Positions 30,255 through 38,903 of a stretch of 47,781 nucleotides of DNA are shown here, piece after piece. Numbering within the stretch: the first letter of the stretch is position 1; every line of letters begins with the position of its first letter. The stretch is from an uncultured bacterium (GTDB lineage: Bacteria > Bacteroidota > Bacteroidia > Chitinophagales > Chitinophagaceae). The notes beneath the pieces are model-generated. The model saw nothing but the letters and a program-made list of their open reading frames with translations. It made no database searches and was not told the origin of the DNA. The DNA lies in assembly GCA_965363375.1 (NCBI GenBank), contig CBDTUH010000001.1, positions 1 to 47,781 on the forward strand, read 5' to 3'. The translations under genes and the position numbers were made by a program.

Positions 30255-31540
30255 TAACAGTATTGGGTTTAGGTTTTGTGGGCCTTACAACCGCATTAGG
30301 ATTCAGCAAAAAAGGATTTAAAGTATATGGTATAGATGTAGCCGCCGAAAGAGTAGCAAGAATAAAAAAAGGAGAAGTACCTTTTTACGAACCGCATCTT
30401 GATGAAGTATTGCAGCAGGAACTGGGTTCTAATTTTATTATAGATGCTTCTTTGCAAGAAGCTGTAACTAATAGCAAACTTATTTTTATTTGTGTGGGTA
30501 CGCCTGGTAATGCAGATGGAAGTGCAAATCTTACCTACTTATTACAGGCCGTAAAAGATGTTTTTGAAAGTAGCGATGGAAGCTTTAAGGTAATTGTTAC
30601 CAAATCAACGGTGCCGCCGTCAACTGTTTCAAAAAAAGTAAAACCTTTTGTTGATGAATTAAATTCATCTTATAATAAGCCCGTCGGTCTTGCATCTAAT
30701 CCTGAATTTTTAAGAGAAGGATATGCGTGGGACGATTTTATGAACCCTGACCGGATTGTTATAGGTGTAGAAGATGAAGCATCAAAAGAAATATTAAATG
30801 AAATTTATCAGCCTTTTAATGCGCCCATTCATTATGTAAGTTATAATTCGGCTGAGTATATAAAATATCTATCCAACACCTTACTGTCAACGCTCATCAG
30901 CTTTAGCAATGAAATGGCCATGATAGGTGAAAGCATTGGAGATATAGATGTGCCGGCAGCATTCAAAATATTACACCAGGATAAACGTTGGTTTGGTGAG
31001 CCGGCATCAATGTCAAGCTATGTTTTCCCGGGTTGTGGTTATGGAGGCTACTGCTTACCAAAAGACACGGCAGCGCTTAGCAGCATTGCAAAAGAAAATG
31101 GTTTTGAAGCAAAAATGCTGAACAGCAATTTGCAGATAAATGAGGAGATTAAAGAGCATGCTGCCAATAAAATTACATCCAGCGTTTCAAAAGAGAAAAC
31201 TATTGGCATTCTGGGATTGGCTTTTAAGAGCGGTTCGGATGATGTAAGGCTTAGCCCTAGTAAATTTATTATAGAAAAATTATTGGCAAAAGGATTTTCA
31301 GACGTTTTAGCTTACGACCCCATGGCCAATGAAGTTTTCAACAAAGAGTTTGGACTTCCGATTACATATATCAATTCTTTAGAGGAAATTGTAGAAAAAG
31401 CGGATGTATTGGTGTTGTTAACCAGCTGGCCAGAGTTCAAGCAAAACAAGTCTTTGATTCATACAAAGCAGCTTTTTGATTTTCGCTATGCTTTTGCTGA
31501 ATTAAAAAAGAGCGAACCTGCTATTGTTGAAAATATATAA
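30251..31540 (+). CDS. UDP-glucose/GDP-mannose dehydrogenase family protein
   Basis: GLGFVG, CVGTP, KSTVPP, NPEFLREG, GYGGYCLPKD, GLAFK. Confidence 0.9.
   Translation: MITVLGLGFVGLTTALGFSKKGFKVYGIDVAAERVARIKKGEVPFYEPHLDEVLQQELGSNFIIDASLQEAVTNSKLIFICVGTPGNADGSANLTYLLQAVKDVFESSDGSFKVIVTKSTVPPSTVSKKVKPFVDELNSSYNKPVGLASNPEFLREGYAWDDFMNPDRIVIGVEDEASKEILNEIYQPFNAPIHYVSYNSAEYIKYLSNTLLSTLISFSNEMAMIGESIGDIDVPAAFKILHQDKRWFGEPASMSSYVFPGCGYGGYCLPKDTAALSSIAKENGFEAKMLNSNLQINEEIKEHAANKITSSVSKEKTIGILGLAFKSGSDDVRLSPSKFIIEKLLAKGFSDVLAYDPMANEVFNKEFGLPITYINSLEEIVEKADVLVLLTSWPEFKQNKSLIHTKQLFDFRYAFAELKKSEPAIVENI
31288..31308 (+). repeat. Perfect intragenic 21-bp motif copy
   Basis: aaaagga-ttttc-agacgtttt, encodes AKGFSDVL. 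Confidence 0.8.
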
Positions 31541-31558
31541 ACGTCTTGATTTCCTTTT
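31538..31558 (-). repeat. 21-bp motif copy (reverse) beginning on the TAA stop codon
   Basis: TAAacgtct-tgatt-tcctttt, directly followed by a terminator. Confidence 0.85.
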
Positions 31559-31588
31559 AAAAAAGCCTGTATTCGTATAGGCTTTTTT
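31559..31588 (+). terminator. Intrinsic terminator (potentially bidirectional)
   Basis: aaaaaagcctgta-TTCG-tataggctttttt. Confidence 0.85.
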
Positions 31589-31739
31589 AATTTTACAGTA
31601 TAAAACTTCTTTAATGAATTTGTAATCTTTTGAATTGGTAAGTAGCTCAGGACTTTATATTGAATTTTTTTTAAAAATTGCCATTATACCAGATTTTCAA
31701 ATTGAATTTAAAAGGTATAATAGTTGTTAAGAGGTGAAT

Positions 31740-32672
31740 ATGAATTTGAAAGGGTTAAAGGAAAATTATGGAATTACTGCAAATAAAGTTACTTCATTGC
31801 GAAGCAATGTTGCCATTGTAGAAACAGAGGGAAATGAAAAAACGATTCTTAAAAAAATACGAAAATCAAAATCCAGTAATTTTTTAAACCGGCACCGCTT
31901 TTTCAATGAGTTAAGAATTTATAAAGTAATTCAGAAAAATAGACACACTTACTTTCATGCACCAGAATTGATAGATTTTGGACCTGATCATATGATTTTA
32001 CAATACGTAAAAAGATGTGATAAAGAAAATATCCGGCTCTCTGAGTTTATAAAGGCGTACTATGAAATGCAAACACTTAATGTGCCTTTTAATTTTTGGT
32101 TCGATCTAAAAAATCAATCCATCCGCGGTTTTTATTACCGGGGCTTAATTGTGCCGCTCTTTACGCTTACCAGGCATTTGAAAATAAAAAAAGTAGCCGC
32201 GATTATTTTTCAATTTTTAAAACTTAGCCTGAAAACAAAAAAGTGCACTAATCGATATTGGCTTCATGGTGATCTTACCAGCCATAATGTATATTACAAT
32301 GTAACTGATAATAAACTTTATTTTCTTGACTTTGAAAATTTATTTTACACCCGTAAATGGCCTTTTCTTGAAATTATTCAGCGTTGCTTCTGGCTAAAAG
32401 ATGGTGGTTACGATTTTCATGTTGATATGAAATATTTGAATTTTTACCTGAATCATGCTACCATAAAAGGCAGTCAGGATTTTACTTTTATAAACTTGGA
32501 AAACCAGATTCGTTTTTGCTTGTTAATGACTTCGATACAAAACATTGCGATTGCTAAATCGAAAATTAAAAGAGATTCGTTTAAGTTATTATTAGATATA
32601 TCATTGGATAATACTTCATACAAAAGATTTTTTAATGAAAGAATAAAACCAACTTTAAGGACTCATTCTTAG
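31740..32672 (+). CDS. APH/choline-kinase-like phosphotransferase
   Basis: ILKK, NELRIY, catalytic loop LHGDLTSHNV, metal-binding FLDFE. Very AT-rich. Confidence 0.7.
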   Translation: MNLKGLKENYGITANKVTSLRSNVAIVETEGNEKTILKKIRKSKSSNFLNRHRFFNELRIYKVIQKNRHTYFHAPELIDFGPDHMILQYVKRCDKENIRLSEFIKAYYEMQTLNVPFNFWFDLKNQSIRGFYYRGLIVPLFTLTRHLKIKKVAAIIFQFLKLSLKTKKCTNRYWLHGDLTSHNVYYNVTDNKLYFLDFENLFYTRKWPFLEIIQRCFWLKDGGYDFHVDMKYLNFYLNHATIKGSQDFTFINLENQIRFCLLMTSIQNIAIAKSKIKRDSFKLLLDISLDNTSYKRFFNERIKPTLRTHS

Positions 32673-32781
32673 GGTAATTAATACTACCTTATTACCAATT
32701 ACCTTTAAATTATTAAACTGTACCTATAGTGTAAGAAGTAATAACTTGTTTACACTTTATCAATCACATATACAAGCTGCT

Positions 32782-34212
32782 ATGAAAAAATATGATCTTA
32801 TTATCATAGGAACTGGATTTGCATCTACATTTTTCTTGAAAAAATATCTCGAAAAAGTTGGTTCAGATAAAAAAGTATTGATTTTAGAACGTGGCTTTTT
32901 TTATCCTCATAAGGAAAGGGTAAAAGAACAAAGGGGTGAGACTGTTATTGATAAGCCACTGCAAATAAATGGCTACAATTCAATTATCAATAACAACAAA
33001 GAAAAAAGCTGGATTTTTCAGTCCACATTTGGAGGGAACTCTAATTGCTGGGTAGGATGTACCCCTCGATTTATGCCTAACGATTTTAAAATTAAAAGTC
33101 TTTACGGGGTAGGGCAGGACTGGCCAATAAGTTATGACGATTTGGATTCCTATTATTATGAAACGGAAGAAATAATGCATATTTCCGGTCCGGATGATAC
33201 TCCATTTCCAAGAAGTAAAAGTTACCCTCAGCCACCTCACATTTTTACTACAGTAGATGAATTATTGCATAGGGTTTATGGCAATCAATATATTGTTCAG
33301 CCAACTGCTCGATCAAGAGTTGCAGGTAAAGGCCGAAATGCCTGTTGCGTGTCGAATGAGTGTAAAGTTTGCCCTATGAACGCAAAGTTTACCATCGAAA
33401 ATGCCCAGCTGAATGTGTATAATGATAAAAGGGTTGAACTAGTTTACGGAGCACAAGTGCTTTATATGAGCATTGAAGGCAATACGGTAAAAAGCGTAAT
33501 TTATATTAAAGATGGTAGAGAAGAAGCAGCTTTTGGAGAAGCAGTTGCATTAGGTGCAAATGCCATATTCAATGCCCATATATTACTTAGCTCCGGCGAT
33601 GACAGCCCAAAAACAGGCAAGGGGATAGGTGAACAGGTAGGTGTTGGTGTGGTTGTATTTTTAAAAGATTTTGATAACGTGGGAGGCAGTACACATGTAA
33701 CCTCTAACGGATATATGCTTTATGATGGTGAGCATAGAAAAGAAGCAGCCGCCTGTTTAATGGAGGCTAATAATGTTCCAATAATAAGAATGGAAAGAGG
33801 AAAGTACAGGCATATCGCACATTTCAGGATGGTTTTTGAAGACTTGCCAGAAGACAGGAATTATGTAAATGTTACAAATGATAAAACAAAACCTGAAGTT
33901 CATTTTGTAGATCATTCTGATTATACTAAAAGAGGAATTGAAAGAATGAAACAAAAGCTTCCGGAATTGCTTTCATGCCTGCCTGTTGAGAAAATAGAAT
34001 ATCAAAAGCCATTTGATACGGAATCGCATATTATTGGTACCACCAGAATGAGCTTAGATATCTCAGAAGGCGTTGTCGACAAAAACTTGATTCATCACAA
34101 ATACAGAAACTTGTTTGTATTGGGTAGTGGTAGTTTTAGTACTTATGCACCAGCTAACCCAACCCTTACTTTGTCAGCATTATCCTTATACGCAGCCGAT
34201 AAAAGTTTTTAA
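32782..34212 (+). CDS. GMC-family FAD oxidoreductase (sugar dehydrogenase large-subunit type)
   Basis: Likely start ATG 32782 (MKKYDLIIIGTG). FGGNSNCW, DWPISYDDL, Cys cluster CCVSNECKVCP, HIIGTTRM, NPTLT. Confidence 0.88.
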   Translation: MKKYDLIIIGTGFASTFFLKKYLEKVGSDKKVLILERGFFYPHKERVKEQRGETVIDKPLQINGYNSIINNNKEKSWIFQSTFGGNSNCWVGCTPRFMPNDFKIKSLYGVGQDWPISYDDLDSYYYETEEIMHISGPDDTPFPRSKSYPQPPHIFTTVDELLHRVYGNQYIVQPTARSRVAGKGRNACCVSNECKVCPMNAKFTIENAQLNVYNDKRVELVYGAQVLYMSIEGNTVKSVIYIKDGREEAAFGEAVALGANAIFNAHILLSSGDDSPKTGKGIGEQVGVGVVVFLKDFDNVGGSTHVTSNGYMLYDGEHRKEAAACLMEANNVPIIRMERGKYRHIAHFRMVFEDLPEDRNYVNVTNDKTKPEVHFVDHSDYTKRGIERMKQKLPELLSCLPVEKIEYQKPFDTESHIIGTTRMSLDISEGVVDKNLIHHKYRNLFVLGSGSFSTYAPANPTLTLSALSLYAADKSF

Positions 34213-34213
34213 A

Positions 34214-34645
34214 ATGAAAAGAAGAAAATTTATCACATTAGTTGGCCTTGGGTCCGCTGCTGTTGCTTTACCATCTTTTACGTTTAATTCTGATGCTTTC
34301 TTAAAAAATGCTATTTCAGCAATTTTATATCGAGAACTGGACTATTTAAAATTAGATAAGGAGGGTGTAATTAAATTCACTGAGGACTTTACAAAAAAAA
34401 TTAATAGCTATTCATTCGGCAGATCAAAAAAGATGAGGGCAAGAATTGGCTCGGAGTATCTTTTTCCGGGTAGTGTAGAAAAAGAGCAATCTTCAAACTT
34501 GATAACTACTACTTTCTTATTGGCCAGTGATTTTTTTACGAGCCAAATGAATGAATCGAAAACCATCAAATACATAGGTTTATACGATGCATACAATAGG
34601 CCTTGTGCTAATCCTTTTTCTCATCTGTACTATACTAAGTCATAA
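34214..34645 (+). CDS. Small Tat-signal protein, probable dehydrogenase small (hitchhiker) subunit
   Basis: True start ATG 34214, 1 nt after the GMC stop. MKRRKFITLVGLGSAAVALP twin-arginine signal, FLLASDFF, C-terminal YDAY..PC.NPF. Confidence 0.7.
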   Translation: MKRRKFITLVGLGSAAVALPSFTFNSDAFLKNAISAILYRELDYLKLDKEGVIKFTEDFTKKINSYSFGRSKKMRARIGSEYLFPGSVEKEQSSNLITTTFLLASDFFTSQMNESKTIKYIGLYDAYNRPCANPFSHLYYTKS

Positions 34646-34731
34646 TTTATATTAGTAAAGTCAATTCTTACTATCCATTATGCAATATAGGTATTGAATA
34701 ATATTTATATATTAAAAAATTCTTTAATTAT

Positions 34732-34770
34732 TTAAAAAGGCAGTCAAAAAATTTCAGGCTGCCTTTTTAA
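34732..34770. terminator. Intrinsic terminator-like hairpin (bidirectional)
   Basis: ttaaaaaggcagtc...ggctgcctttttaa. Confidence 0.7.
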
Positions 34771-34977
34771 TTGGCACAATATTCTAATATCATTTAATGG
34801 AATAATTATCGGATAAGTAGAAATACTAAGTTTTAAAAAAAATAGGACAACTAGCACCACATTTTATCACCAGAATTAAATTTTTTGGAAATGCGGCATT
34901 AATATTGTTAAAGTGGCGGAAATTCCGCAACGGAATCCAATTTTTTTGAAAACCTTATAAACCACCAATTTCTTATC

Positions 34978-37900
34978 ATGAAAACCAACACCAGGAGAAG
35001 GTTCATCCGGAACACTTCTTTGACTGCAACTGGATTGTTCTTGACCTCTGTTACCAAAGCAAAGAATGATTCAATTTTATCGACTGCTATTGGATGTGGC
35101 CCCAATCAAACTTTGACCCTTTTTGGTACCGTTACTACTAAAAAATCCGGAAATTGGTCAGACCCCTCTACATGGGGAGGCAAAGTGCCAGGGAATACGG
35201 ATACGCCTCTTATTGTTTCAGGACATTCAGTTATATGTGATATTGACGCAGAAATTGCAGGATTGAATATTGAAGCGGGTGCTACACTTAAGTTCAGTGA
35301 CAACCAAAGTGCTTCTATACAATCGACAAAAAATATTGTTGTAAATGGTCTGCTTGAAATGACTCCTTCATCTGCATCCGTAAATCACCTGATTCAGTTT
35401 ACAAATATTGATGAAAGCAAAGTTGTAGGTGGCGGTCATATGGTTTTGGCTACTGATATTGGGCTTTGGGTTACCAACTCTGGAAAACTGAATTTAATTG
35501 GAACTCCAAAGCAATCCTGGACTAATTTATCCGGAAGCGTTAGTAAAGGAAGTACCGCAATATCACTAAAATCAAATCCTAAAGGCTGGGCAACTGGAGA
35601 TGAAATTGTAATTTGTCCTACCCAAAGCGTAACAGATTACGGCAGGGAACGCACAATACCTCTTTTTGAAAGAGTAAATATTACAGATTTATCAAGCAAT
35701 GCTGTTACTTTTAATAAAAGCCTAGAGTTCGATCATTTAAAAGTAGAGCCAGCAGGTAGCGACAAGTCTTGGACAGCCGAAGTTCTCAACTTAAGTCGGA
35801 ATGTCAGAATTGAAGGTACCGAAAACGGCAAAGCCCACGTTTTCATCAAATCTTCAGTTCCTCAAATAATAAAGAATGTAGCATTAAGATTCCTGGGACC
35901 AAAAACTGAAAATATCGGTCGTTATGCGCTTCACTTTCATCATTGCATGAATGGCTCAATAGGATCAATTGTTGAAGATTGCGTAGCTTATGATCAGGGA
36001 AGTCACTGTTTTGTTCCACATGGAAGCCATGGTATTACATTTATCAATTGTGTGGCTTTTAATTGCCTTCAGGAAGCCTATTGGTGGGATGAACGAGATG
36101 TTACTCACTATACAGTATACCATGGTTGCTTAGCTGCATTAGGTACACGTTCGGGATTTTTCTTAGGTATAGGTGATGAAAATAGCTGTATAAACTGTGT
36201 ATGTGTTAGTGCAGCTTTAGGCAGAGAAGGTGGCAGCCCTAACAATTCCGGGGCATTTTTCTGGGAGGCGAACAATGAAGGCATTTGGATATTTAAAAAT
36301 AACCTTTCACATAGCAATTATAACGGATTAAGGGTATGGCAAAATACACACAAAAATCATGTTATTGAGAATTATTGTTCCTACAATAATATGATTGCTG
36401 CTTTCCATGGTGCGTATATGAATAGTTATACCTATAAGTATGGCTACCATTATAACTCTTTATTCAAAGGAAAAGCAACTTCATCGCAAACAAGCGGCGT
36501 GAGGTTTGAACATGTTGTTTTCGATGCAGCCGGACAAGACTTTTCAATGGAGTACTCTGATTCTCCAATTGAATCATGGGATGAGCAAACAAATAAGTTC
36601 TATTACTGCACTTTCAAAAACTACACAGTAGCACCTATAAAATTTGAATCTGCCAAGCCAACTAACTCTGATGGCTCAACTATTGAAGTGGTAAAGATCA
36701 AAAAGTATGATTTGATTCATTGTGACCTTGGAAATAAATTACCGATAGTACATCAAGATGTTGAAAATGGTACAAGGATCCGAATTCAACCAAAGTCAGG
36801 GCAAGTAATTAAAATAGAGAAAGTTGGTACGCCTGATATGAGTAATGGTAAAATGGTGGTATCAAATATCGCTGCTTTTACAGCCAAAGTATGGGGAAAA
36901 GGTGATGGCTTGACCGGTGAATATTTTAATGGTACCATTGATTTCGAAGAATCAAAAAAAGTGGTAAAAAGGGTAGATTCTATTATTGCTTTCAATGAAT
37001 GGTCTACATTAGGGTCAGACCATCCTGAAATGTTCCATCATAAACTAAATAGCGATAGATATGCTGTAAGATGGAGCGGTAAGTTAATGGCACAGTATTC
37101 TGAAGATTATATTTTTCGTTGCAACTCAGCCGGTGGTATTAAATTGACTGTTAATGGAGAATTGATTATTGACCAATGGGACGCAGAACCTTTTAATATC
37201 AATGATCGTTTTGCATTAATTTCTAAGTCAATCAAGTTAGAAGCCGGCAAGTCCTATGACATTGTATTAGAGCATTGCAACAGAGGTGGATACAGAGGTT
37301 GCTTGCTTTCATGGAAAAGTATTTCCATGTCACAATTTGAAATTATTCCTCAATGTCAGCTCTATCCTTCCAACGCCGTTGTTACAGATCCGATAATTGA
37401 AAAACCGTCAGATAATATTGCGCCTATCGCCAAAGCAGGTGATGACGTTTCCATAACGTTACCCAATAATTCTGTAATGTTGGATGGCCAACAATCATTA
37501 GATAGCGATGGAAAAATCACAACCTATAAATGGACAAAAATCAGCGGTCCGGATAGCTATGTAATTGAAAATGCATCTATAGCATCAACAAAAGTAAAAA
37601 ACCTAGTAGAGGGTGAATATATTTTTAACCTTGAAGTAAAAGACAATAAAGGTTCTATAACCAGCGATGAGGTAAAAGTAACTGTAAATGCGGCTTCAAC
37701 AGAAACTAAGAATGGCCTTGTAGCTGAAGCTGGAAGTGATGTAACTTTGAAATTACCCAATAATAGTTTTACCCTGGATGGCAGTAGTTCTTCAATTGCT
37801 GTAGGAAAAATTAATTCTTATAAATGGTCAAAAGTAAGCGGCCCTACGCAATTTACGCTAAGCAGTGCCTCTTCCGCAAAAACAACATTGAGTAACCTGG

Positions 37901-38862
37901 TAGAAGGAACCTATGTGTTCAAACTACAAATAACTGATGATAATGGAAAGACCGCATCAGACAGTATCGCAATAACGGTAAACCCTGCAGCTGTTAATCA
38001 GCCACCGGTAGCATTGGCCGGTGATGACTATTCAATCCATCTGCCTACAGATAAAGCAAAATTAGATGCATTTGCATCAACTGACCCGGATGGTACAATA
38101 ACTTCATTCAAATGGACGAAAGTTAGTGGACCGGCGTCGTACTCCATTGAAAATGCAGCTGCGGCCTCAACTGTAGTGTCTAACCTCGTTAAAGGTAATT
38201 ACACCTTTCGTTTAGAAGTTAAAGATGATAAAGGCGCTGTTTCAACAGATGAAATAAATATATCTGTTAAGCCCAAGCAGGAGAAAGTTGAATTACCAAA
38301 AGTACAAGCTGGAAATGACATTGAAATCACACTGCCAACCAATAATGTTAGATTAAGGGGTATAGGTAAACCAGGTTCTGGTGGCGCAATTACTTTGTAT
38401 CAATGGACCAAAAAAAGCGGACCGTCAAAATATAAAATCGTCAACCCTAATGCAGCTACTACGGTCATCAATCAACTTCAGGTTGGAACTTATGTAATTA
38501 CATTATTAGTAGGAGATAGTAGTGGGCAAAAAGTATCGGATGAAGTGGTAATTACAGTTCTCCCAAAAGGTGGCGGACTGAACGATTCCAATTTAACAGA
38601 AGAATCCAATAAAACCACATCCCTAAATGTAAGTGTGTCGCCCAATCCCTCTACAAGTGTATTTAAGGTACACATGAATAGCAACAGTGACAAACCTATC
38701 ACTTTACGTTTATTCGATCGCTGGGGAAAAGAAGTAGGCGTTATGAAAAATGTAAAAAGTGGTGCCACAATCACAATACCCAATAATTTAAAAAGAGGAA
38801 CTTACTTTGGTGTGGCAGAGCAGGGTTTTCAAAAGAAGACAATGACGCTTATCAAAATGTAA
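34978..38862 (+). CDS. Large secreted protein: Tat-like signal, G8 domain, parallel beta-helix, PA14, four PKD-like repeats, T9SS type A C-terminal domain
   Basis: TRRRFIR; SGNWSDPSTWGGKVP; GRYALHFH; GLTGEYFNG...YAVRWSG; four copies of AG.D...LP...L.G......I..Y/FxW.K.SGP; C-terminal VSPNPS...FDRWGKEV...LKRGTYF...TLIKM. Confidence 0.8.
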   Translation: MKTNTRRRFIRNTSLTATGLFLTSVTKAKNDSILSTAIGCGPNQTLTLFGTVTTKKSGNWSDPSTWGGKVPGNTDTPLIVSGHSVICDIDAEIAGLNIEAGATLKFSDNQSASIQSTKNIVVNGLLEMTPSSASVNHLIQFTNIDESKVVGGGHMVLATDIGLWVTNSGKLNLIGTPKQSWTNLSGSVSKGSTAISLKSNPKGWATGDEIVICPTQSVTDYGRERTIPLFERVNITDLSSNAVTFNKSLEFDHLKVEPAGSDKSWTAEVLNLSRNVRIEGTENGKAHVFIKSSVPQIIKNVALRFLGPKTENIGRYALHFHHCMNGSIGSIVEDCVAYDQGSHCFVPHGSHGITFINCVAFNCLQEAYWWDERDVTHYTVYHGCLAALGTRSGFFLGIGDENSCINCVCVSAALGREGGSPNNSGAFFWEANNEGIWIFKNNLSHSNYNGLRVWQNTHKNHVIENYCSYNNMIAAFHGAYMNSYTYKYGYHYNSLFKGKATSSQTSGVRFEHVVFDAAGQDFSMEYSDSPIESWDEQTNKFYYCTFKNYTVAPIKFESAKPTNSDGSTIEVVKIKKYDLIHCDLGNKLPIVHQDVENGTRIRIQPKSGQVIKIEKVGTPDMSNGKMVVSNIAAFTAKVWGKGDGLTGEYFNGTIDFEESKKVVKRVDSIIAFNEWSTLGSDHPEMFHHKLNSDRYAVRWSGKLMAQYSEDYIFRCNSAGGIKLTVNGELIIDQWDAEPFNINDRFALISKSIKLEAGKSYDIVLEHCNRGGYRGCLLSWKSISMSQFEIIPQCQLYPSNAVVTDPIIEKPSDNIAPIAKAGDDVSITLPNNSVMLDGQQSLDSDGKITTYKWTKISGPDSYVIENASIASTKVKNLVEGEYIFNLEVKDNKGSITSDEVKVTVNAASTETKNGLVAEAGSDVTLKLPNNSFTLDGSSSSIAVGKINSYKWSKVSGPTQFTLSSASSAKTTLSNLVEGTYVFKLQITDDNGKTASDSIAITVNPAAVNQPPVALAGDDYSIHLPTDKAKLDAFASTDPDGTITSFKWTKVSGPASYSIENAAAASTVVSNLVKGNYTFRLEVKDDKGAVSTDEINISVKPKQEKVELPKVQAGNDIEITLPTNNVRLRGIGKPGSGGAITLYQWTKKSGPSKYKIVNPNAATTVINQLQVGTYVITLLVGDSSGQKVSDEVVITVLPKGGGLNDSNLTEESNKTTSLNVSVSPNPSTSVFKVHMNSNSDKPITLRLFDRWGKEVGVMKNVKSGATITIPNNLKRGTYFGVAEQGFQKKTMTLIKM
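37420..38562 (+). repeat. Four tandem ~290-bp PKD-like protein domain repeats
   Basis: Repeated units with YKWTKISGP, YKWSKVSGP, FKWTKVSGP and YQWTKKSGP. Boundaries are approximate. Confidence 0.8.
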
Positions 38863-38870
38863 TAATTTCA

Positions 38871-38903
38871 ATTAAAAAGCCGCCTTTATGGCGGCTTTTT
38901 AAT
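38871..38903. terminator. Bidirectional intrinsic terminator between convergent genes
   Basis: attaaaaagccgcc-tttat-ggcggctttttaat, a perfect 14-bp stem. Confidence 0.9.

Noticed and set aside
34115-34213. N-terminal extension of the small protein overlapping the GMC gene
   Set aside because: The twin-arginine signal begins at ATG 34214, just after the GMC stop.
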